From contig CAZEEV010000004.1 of NCBI GenBank assembly GCA_964511345.1, positions 19,802-83,801 on the forward strand: 64,000 bases of DNA. The letters are read 5' to 3'. Within the stretch, counting starts at the first letter, position 1. Each line of letters begins with the position of its first letter. The notes beneath the pieces are model-generated. The model was not told the origin of the DNA. It ran no database searches and was given only the letters and a program-made list of their open reading frames with translations. Origin of the DNA: an uncultured Pseudomonadales bacterium. Lineage in GTDB: Bacteria > Patescibacteriota > Microgenomatia > UBA1400 > PJMF01. Made by a program: the position numbers and the translations under genes. This document shows positions 58,531-64,000 of the stretch, piece after piece.

Positions 58531-59589
58531 ATGTCAGATTTTCGCGAACTTCTCAATCAAGAGATTGCTGCTTTGTCAGCAAAAATTGAGCAGGGGGAAT
58601 TGCCTGATGAAATGCGCTATCAATTAAAAAAAGAGGTAGTCGCCTTAGAACGTAGTGTGGAATTAGGTAATTACGACGAGAAATACGAAAAAGTTTCTCG
58701 TTACATAGACTGGTGTTTACGCATCCCTTTTGGTAAAAAAACAGAAGACACGTTAGATGTAGCTAAAGCTCAAGAAATTTTCGATCGATATCATTACGGG
58801 ATGCAAGAAGTGAAAAATCGTTTTTTGGAATATTTAGCGGTACTTAACTTGCAGAAAAGTAATTTTCAGGATGAACAGTTTTCTGCTCCGATTTTGTTTT
58901 TAGTAGGATTAGTGGGAACGGGTAAGACAACCTTTGCTTATTCTTTAGCCGAAGCTTTGGGTCGTAAATTGGTGCGTATTCCTTTTGGTGGTATGGGTAG
59001 CGCTAAAGAACTAAGAGGTAGCTCGCGTTTATTGCTTGGTTCTGAGCCAGGAAAAGTGCTTAAAGGTGTTTGTGAAGCCGGGGTGATGAATCCGATTATT
59101 TTGCTTGATGAAATTGACCGTGCTACTGATGACGCCAATATGGACATCATGGGTGTTTTAGTTGAGTTGTTAGATCCTGCTCAAAATCATGCTTTTACTG
59201 ATGACTACATTAATTATCCGATTGATTTATCTCAAACAATTTTTCTAGCTACTGCCAATAACACTCGTAAAATCGCTACGGCAGTTATGGATCGTATGGA
59301 AAAGATTGACATGCCTTCTTACACTGATGAAGAAAAAGTTGTTATTGCTAAAAAGTACGTGATGCCTCAAGTTTTGAAAGAAGTAGGCTTAAAGCCAGAA
59401 CAGTTTGTGATTCATGAAGAAATGTGGCCCAAAATGGTTCGTCCATTAGGTTTTGATGCAGGTATTCGTACGCTGCAGCGCACTATTCAAGGTGCGGCTC
59501 GTAAGGCAGCACGCATCATTGTTGAGGGTAAGTACGACAAGGTGGAAATTGGTCCAGACAATTATAAAATTTTCCTGCCATCTTACTAA
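58531..59589 (+). CDS. Lon-derived AAA+ ATPase lacking both the N-terminal LON substrate-binding domain and the C-terminal S16 protease domain
   Basis: Aligns to the Lon region from the pre-AAA helix through the AAA+ alpha-subdomain (DRYHYGMQEVKNRFLEYLAV, Walker A GLVGTGKTTFAYSLA, Walker B ILLDEID, VLVELLDPAQNHAFTDDY, DRMEKIDMPSYT). It ends at 352 aa, just before where the Ser-Lys protease domain would begin. Confidence 0.7.
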   Translation: MSDFRELLNQEIAALSAKIEQGELPDEMRYQLKKEVVALERSVELGNYDEKYEKVSRYIDWCLRIPFGKKTEDTLDVAKAQEIFDRYHYGMQEVKNRFLEYLAVLNLQKSNFQDEQFSAPILFLVGLVGTGKTTFAYSLAEALGRKLVRIPFGGMGSAKELRGSSRLLLGSEPGKVLKGVCEAGVMNPIILLDEIDRATDDANMDIMGVLVELLDPAQNHAFTDDYINYPIDLSQTIFLATANNTRKIATAVMDRMEKIDMPSYTDEEKVVIAKKYVMPQVLKEVGLKPEQFVIHEEMWPKMVRPLGFDAGIRTLQRTIQGAARKAARIIVEGKYDKVEIGPDNYKIFLPSY

Positions 59590-59615
59590 GTTTTTTCTTG
59601 GTATAATCTTTTTTA

Positions 59616-60239
59616 ATGTATTTTACTGATTTAAACACACTCAAAACTGATCTAGAAAAAAATTTTCAAAAGTTTCCCCTAGTAGAAAAAGTAACAGATT
59701 TGGTTCATGGTGAAGGCAATGAGTCAGCTGACGTCATGTTGATTGGTGAGGCACCTGGCTATTATGAAAGCGTTGAACGAAGGCCATTTGTTGGTCGATC
59801 AGGACAACTCTTGCGTAAAGTTTTAGCAGAAAGCGGTTTGCAGGCAAGTCAAGTTTACATTAGCAATATTATTAAAGTTAGACCTCCGGATAACCGCGAT
59901 CCGCTTCCTCATGAAATTTTAGCCTTCAAACCTTATTTAGATGCGGAAATTGACCTGATTAAGCCAAAATTAATTGTCACTTTAGGTCGTTTTAGTATGG
60001 CTAAATTTTTGCCAGATGTAAAAGTTTCTCAAGTACATGGACGCTTACATAAAATCAAGTGGAATGACAGAACTCTTTTCATTTTGCCAATGTATCATCC
60101 AGCAGCTGCTTTGCGAGCGACAAAAATCAAAGAGTCTTTTGTCAATGATTTTGCTAAAATTGAGAAGATCATTGCTTTTGTACAAACATCCAAAGACAAC
60201 GAAGTTTTTAAAGAAACTGTTAAAGAAGCTTTGTTATGA
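59616..60239 (+). CDS. Uracil-DNA glycosylase, family 4
   Basis: MLIGEAPGYYESVERRPFVGRSGQLL, the family 4 UDG motif A region. Confidence 0.8.
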   Translation: MYFTDLNTLKTDLEKNFQKFPLVEKVTDLVHGEGNESADVMLIGEAPGYYESVERRPFVGRSGQLLRKVLAESGLQASQVYISNIIKVRPPDNRDPLPHEILAFKPYLDAEIDLIKPKLIVTLGRFSMAKFLPDVKVSQVHGRLHKIKWNDRTLFILPMYHPAAALRATKIKESFVNDFAKIEKIIAFVQTSKDNEVFKETVKEALL

Positions 60240-60270
60240 AGATTATTAAAACAAGAAAGTAAAAAAAATT

Positions 60271-61944
60271 ATGATGGAAAATATGAACAAATTAAAACTT
60301 CTCCCACTGGGTGGTATGGGCGGCGTTACTCAAAACATGTATCTTTATCAATATGAAGAAGAAATTTTACTGGTGGACTGTGGTATTGGTTTTCCAGATA
60401 TGTACATGCCAGGAGTGGATACTTTGATTCCAGATATTACTTATTTACAAGATCAGTTGGAAAAAGGTGCCAAGATTGTTGGTATGATTCTGAGTCATGG
60501 TCATGACGATCACATTGGGGCTCTGCCTTATTTGTTAGATGAATTACCAGTATTTCCAATTTATGCTTCTCCGCTGACAGCTGGTTTTGCGCGAGATCGT
60601 CTTTTGGATAAAAAACTTGACCGAGAGATTAAAGTAGCACCTGATAAAGAAATGATTCAAATTGGTCAGTATTTTTCTTTTGAATTAATTGCCATGACTC
60701 ATTCGGTGCCGGATACGCGCCATATCGTGATTCAAACCCCAGTGGGTAGAATCTATCACGGCAGTGATTTTAAGCTTGATAAGTCTCCAGTAGATGGAGT
60801 GTTATCAGATCTTGATGAAGTAAAAAGAGTGGCTGATCAAGGAATTTTGTTAGGCTTAATTGATTGTTTGCGAGTAGAACAAGAAACTTGGACCAAGTCT
60901 GAATCTTCCATCAAATTATCACTTGAAGAAGAAATGGCGAATGTTAAAGGTAAAATCTTGGTGACCCTGATGAGTTCACACATTCACCGTATTCAGCAAG
61001 TCATTGATGTTTGTGAACAAATTGGTCGCCAAGTAGTTTTTGTTGGTCGCAGTGTAGAACAAAATGTCGTAGCAGCTACTTTGCTCAAAAAGCTTCATAT
61101 TAAACCGGGGACACAGGTAGATAAAAATCATATTAGTGAAGTGCCAGATAGTCGCTTATGTATAATCATCGCTGGTAGTCAGGGACAGGAGGGTTCTTCG
61201 CTAGTGCGAGCCGTTTACGGCGAGCACAGAATTATTCAGATTGCTCCAGAAGACAAAGTGATTTTTTCCGCTAATGTGATTCCTGGCAATGAGATTAACT
61301 ATTATGCAGCTATTGATGAATTATCTGCTAATAATGTGGATGTAGTTTATCCAGAAATTAATCATGGTATTCATGCTTCTGGTCACGCTAGTAGTCCTGA
61401 ACAAAAAGAACTTGCTCAGCTTTTACAAGCCAAGTACTTGATGCCCATTGGTGGTGCTGATCGTCATCGCGCATTTTTTGAGAAAAGAGTAGCTGAGGCT
61501 CTGAATTATGATCATCGCCATGTTTTATTGCCTAAATCTGGAGAAGTCTTGGGTTTTGATGAAACTGAAGTCAAAGTGATTGATGAGGTTTTGCTCAATG
61601 CTAAAGCAGTTGATGGTCTAGGCATTGGTGATGTCGGTCCAGTGGTTTTGTCTGATCGTTTATCACTTTCCAAAGCTGGAATCATCGTTTTGGTTATTCC
61701 CAGAATTGCTGGAGAATTCGATTTTATGGAAATGAAAGTGGTTTCTAGAGGTTTTGTCTTTATGAAAGAGGCTGATGAAGTAATCCAATTTATCAAGCAA
61801 AAGACCGCTGAAATTGTTGGTGAAGAAAAGCAAAAAATCAAAGATGATGAATTGAAGAAAAAAATCGAGCGCCGTTTGGCAAAGAAACTTTACAAGGTCA
61901 TTCGTCGAGAACCCATCATCGTTCCAGTCTTTATCGAAATGTAA
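60271..61944 (+). CDS. rnj: Ribonuclease J (metallo-beta-lactamase / beta-CASP)
   Basis: LSHGHDDHIGALPYL (HxHxDH), beta-CASP motifs and a C-terminal domain. 557 aa. Confidence 0.85.
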   Translation: MMENMNKLKLLPLGGMGGVTQNMYLYQYEEEILLVDCGIGFPDMYMPGVDTLIPDITYLQDQLEKGAKIVGMILSHGHDDHIGALPYLLDELPVFPIYASPLTAGFARDRLLDKKLDREIKVAPDKEMIQIGQYFSFELIAMTHSVPDTRHIVIQTPVGRIYHGSDFKLDKSPVDGVLSDLDEVKRVADQGILLGLIDCLRVEQETWTKSESSIKLSLEEEMANVKGKILVTLMSSHIHRIQQVIDVCEQIGRQVVFVGRSVEQNVVAATLLKKLHIKPGTQVDKNHISEVPDSRLCIIIAGSQGQEGSSLVRAVYGEHRIIQIAPEDKVIFSANVIPGNEINYYAAIDELSANNVDVVYPEINHGIHASGHASSPEQKELAQLLQAKYLMPIGGADRHRAFFEKRVAEALNYDHRHVLLPKSGEVLGFDETEVKVIDEVLLNAKAVDGLGIGDVGPVVLSDRLSLSKAGIIVLVIPRIAGEFDFMEMKVVSRGFVFMKEADEVIQFIKQKTAEIVGEEKQKIKDDELKKKIERRLAKKLYKVIRREPIIVPVFIEM

Positions 61945-62037
61945 GTTCGCTTGCTACTTGATGAAGATTGTGTGATACTTGACTTGTATAAGTGTTTTAT
62001 GTTATATCCTATAATAATATAAATAAAGTCTTTATTT

Positions 62038-64000
62038 ATGGCAAAATTGTTTAAATCAAGAAAAAGAAAAAAGCGTCAAGCTATACGCCTTAAAATGCGT
62101 ACGGATACGAGCTATTCTATAGTGGCAGTCCTGTTAATATTGCTAGGTTTATTAGTAGTGATTTCTTTCACTGGCCAAGGTCAATTACTAGTTTTTATCA
62201 ATGATTTTTTATCTTTAAAATTTGGTTTATCGATGTTTTTTTTGCCTTTTGTTTTTATTTCTGCCGGATTGGTTATGTTGCGTAGCAAGCACGCCTGGTC
62301 TAAACCAACCATTCTTTTGGGCACAATTTTATTAATGATGGGTACGATGGGTATGACCAAGAGTGGCCAAATTGGTAATAACGTTTTTCACAACTTTTCC
62401 AGACTTATTACTGAATCTGGAGCTTACGCTTTCTTTTTAGCAGTAGCTCTGATTGGGATTTTGATTTTATCCCAGTCTTCTTTATTAGAAATTTTTACCC
62501 TTTTGGGTAAATTATTTAAGCGTAGTGAGAAAGTCAAGTTACCACAAAAAGACCTTTTTGCTGATCAAGTCTCTGAAAAAGAAATTGCCAAGGCCAAAGG
62601 TTTTTCGATTCCAAGCTTTGGCTTTGGCTTGAATAAAAATAAAGAGTTGAAGGCAGGCGAAGCTTTTAATAAAGAAATTGAGCAAGACAATACTTCTGCT
62701 AAAGCAATTATTGAAGATGAGGTTAAAAGAGAAGTTGGTACGGGTTTAGATCAAAAAGAAACTCTCAATGTTTCTTCAGTGCCAATGATGTGGGATTATC
62801 CACCTTTGTCCTTGTTATCCCAGAAATCTGGTGGCAAAGCTGATCGTGGCGATGTGAAGGGTAATGCGTCGATTATTGAAAACACTTTGGAATCATTTGG
62901 TATTCAGGCCAAGGTAGTGGAATATAATCCTGGTCCAGCAGTGACGCAGTATGCTTTGGAAATTAACAAAGGTACTCGTTTAGCTAAAATTACCGCCCTT
63001 TCCACTGATTTAGCTTTGGCTTTATCTGCACCTACTGGGCAGATTCGTATTGAAGCTCCAATTCCTGGTCGTAATTTGGTCGGTGTAGAAGTGCCAAACC
63101 GCAGTGCTGAATATGTAACCCTTAAAACCATGCTATCAGCTCCAGCGATGAAGAAGCATAAATCCAAATTAGCTGTGGCTTTGGGTATTGATGTGGCTGG
63201 TAATCCAGCAATTGTAGATATTGCTACTATGCCTCATTTACTGATTGCCGGTTCGACTGGTTCTGGTAAATCAGTCTGTATTAACTCTTTCATGTGTTCG
63301 ATTCTTTTTAGAGCTACTCCTGAAGAAGTTAAATTTATTTTAGTTGATCCTAAACGTGTTGAATTGACTGGTTATAACGATATTCCTCATCTTTTGACTC
63401 CAGTTATTGTCGAGCCTAATAAAGTCGTTTCTTCTCTGAAATGGGCTTGTCAAGAAATGGATAAGCGCTACAAAATGCTTTCTGAAGTTGGGGTTAAAAA
63501 TATTAGTGAATATAACGAATTAGCTGGTTTAGCTACCATGCCAAGCATCGTAATTGTAATTGATGAGTTGGCTGATGTGATGCTGTTTGCTCCAGCTGAG
63601 GTGGAAGAGAGTGTGACTCGTATTGCACAAATGGCTCGCGCCGTGGGTATTCACCTGGTTTTGGCCACTCAGCGTCCTTCAGTTGATGTTTTGACAGGTT
63701 TGATCAAAGCTAACGTGCCAACTCGTATCGCCTTTAATGTGGCTTCGATGATGGACAGTCGTGTGATTTTGGACAGTCCAGGAGCAGAAAAATTACTTGG
63801 TCGTGGTGATATGCTTTTCCAGGCCCCAGACAAACCAAAACCATCTCGTGTACAAGGCACTTTTGTCAGTGCTGGAGAGACTAATAATTTAATTAGCTTT
63901 TTGAAATCTCAAGGTCAAAAGCCACATTATGAAGAAGAAATTTTAAATAAGTTTCAATCTGGTAAAGTTAGCGGAGGCAGTATGGGTATGGATGCTAGCG
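62038..64000 (+). CDS. ftsK: DNA translocase FtsK (N-terminal membrane domain, linker and start of motor domain; continues beyond window end)
   Basis: ATG at 62038. 4-5 TM helices, then the gamma/alpha/beta motor with Walker A GSTGSGKS. The reading frame remains open to position 64000, so the ORF track does not list it. Confidence 0.85.
   Translation, partial: MAKLFKSRKRKKRQAIRLKMRTDTSYSIVAVLLILLGLLVVISFTGQGQLLVFINDFLSLKFGLSMFFLPFVFISAGLVMLRSKHAWSKPTILLGTILLMMGTMGMTKSGQIGNNVFHNFSRLITESGAYAFFLAVALIGILILSQSSLLEIFTLLGKLFKRSEKVKLPQKDLFADQVSEKEIAKAKGFSIPSFGFGLNKNKELKAGEAFNKEIEQDNTSAKAIIEDEVKREVGTGLDQKETLNVSSVPMMWDYPPLSLLSQKSGGKADRGDVKGNASIIENTLESFGIQAKVVEYNPGPAVTQYALEINKGTRLAKITALSTDLALALSAPTGQIRIEAPIPGRNLVGVEVPNRSAEYVTLKTMLSAPAMKKHKSKLAVALGIDVAGNPAIVDIATMPHLLIAGSTGSGKSVCINSFMCSILFRATPEEVKFILVDPKRVELTGYNDIPHLLTPVIVEPNKVVSSLKWACQEMDKRYKMLSEVGVKNISEYNELAGLATMPSIVIVIDELADVMLFAPAEVEESVTRIAQMARAVGIHLVLATQRPSVDVLTGLIKANVPTRIAFNVASMMDSRVILDSPGAEKLLGRGDMLFQAPDKPKPSRVQGTFVSAGETNNLISFLKSQGQKPHYEEEILNKFQSGKVSGGSMGMDAS

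Overview
This 64 kb window looks like a gene-dense, low-GC (~35%) bacterial chromosome segment using the standard genetic code. Genes are tightly packed and often overlap. Several housekeeping proteins are unusually short (IF-2 beginning at the G domain, a 238-aa HrcA, a 71-aa ATP synthase delta subunit), and there are many small hypothetical membrane proteins. That style is typical of reduced genomes such as Patescibacteria/CPR, but this placement is an inference. Content in order: a partial class A penicillin-binding protein (PBP) on the minus strand (1..2297); a small accessory patch (HEPN-like protein, archaeal-type cytidylate-kinase-like protein, membrane proteins); nrdR followed by class II ribonucleotide reductase nrdJ; a second class A PBP with a lysine-rich AT-hook tail; a minus-strand block (cmk, smpB, tsaD and a tsaC-tsaE fusion); CIRCE-controlled groES-groEL, with GroES carrying a cysteine-rich insertion; two divergent CAT-anticodon tRNAs; a short accessory patch (GT-C membrane protein, small proteins, FtsB-like protein, Xer tyrosine recombinase, PRTase-like protein); ddl, a tRNA-binding protein, ftsH and a K+ channel; a 5'-3' exonuclease, a GT4 glycosyltransferase and a membrane-anchored clan GH-A glycoside hydrolase; the complete F1Fo ATP synthase operon atpBEFHAGDC; CIRCE-controlled hrcA-grpE-dnaK-dnaJ; nusA-infB; rpsO, a coiled-coil protein and pnp; a LacD-like aldolase and galU; sodA; a nucleotide-sanitation cluster (PolB-like exonuclease, two Nudix hydrolases, an ITPase); rpiB, rpe, a LOG-family protein and a PfkB kinase; a surface protein with a sortase-like C-terminal signal; a Lon-derived AAA+ ATPase without a protease domain; family-4 UDG; RNase J; and the start of ftsK. 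There are no rRNA genes, no CRISPR arrays and no recognisable transposases. The most unusual items are the cysteine-rich GroES insertion, the AT-hook PBP tail, the TsaC-TsaE fusion, the truncated ATP synthase delta subunit, the protease-less Lon, and several structured or repeat-bearing intergenic regions.
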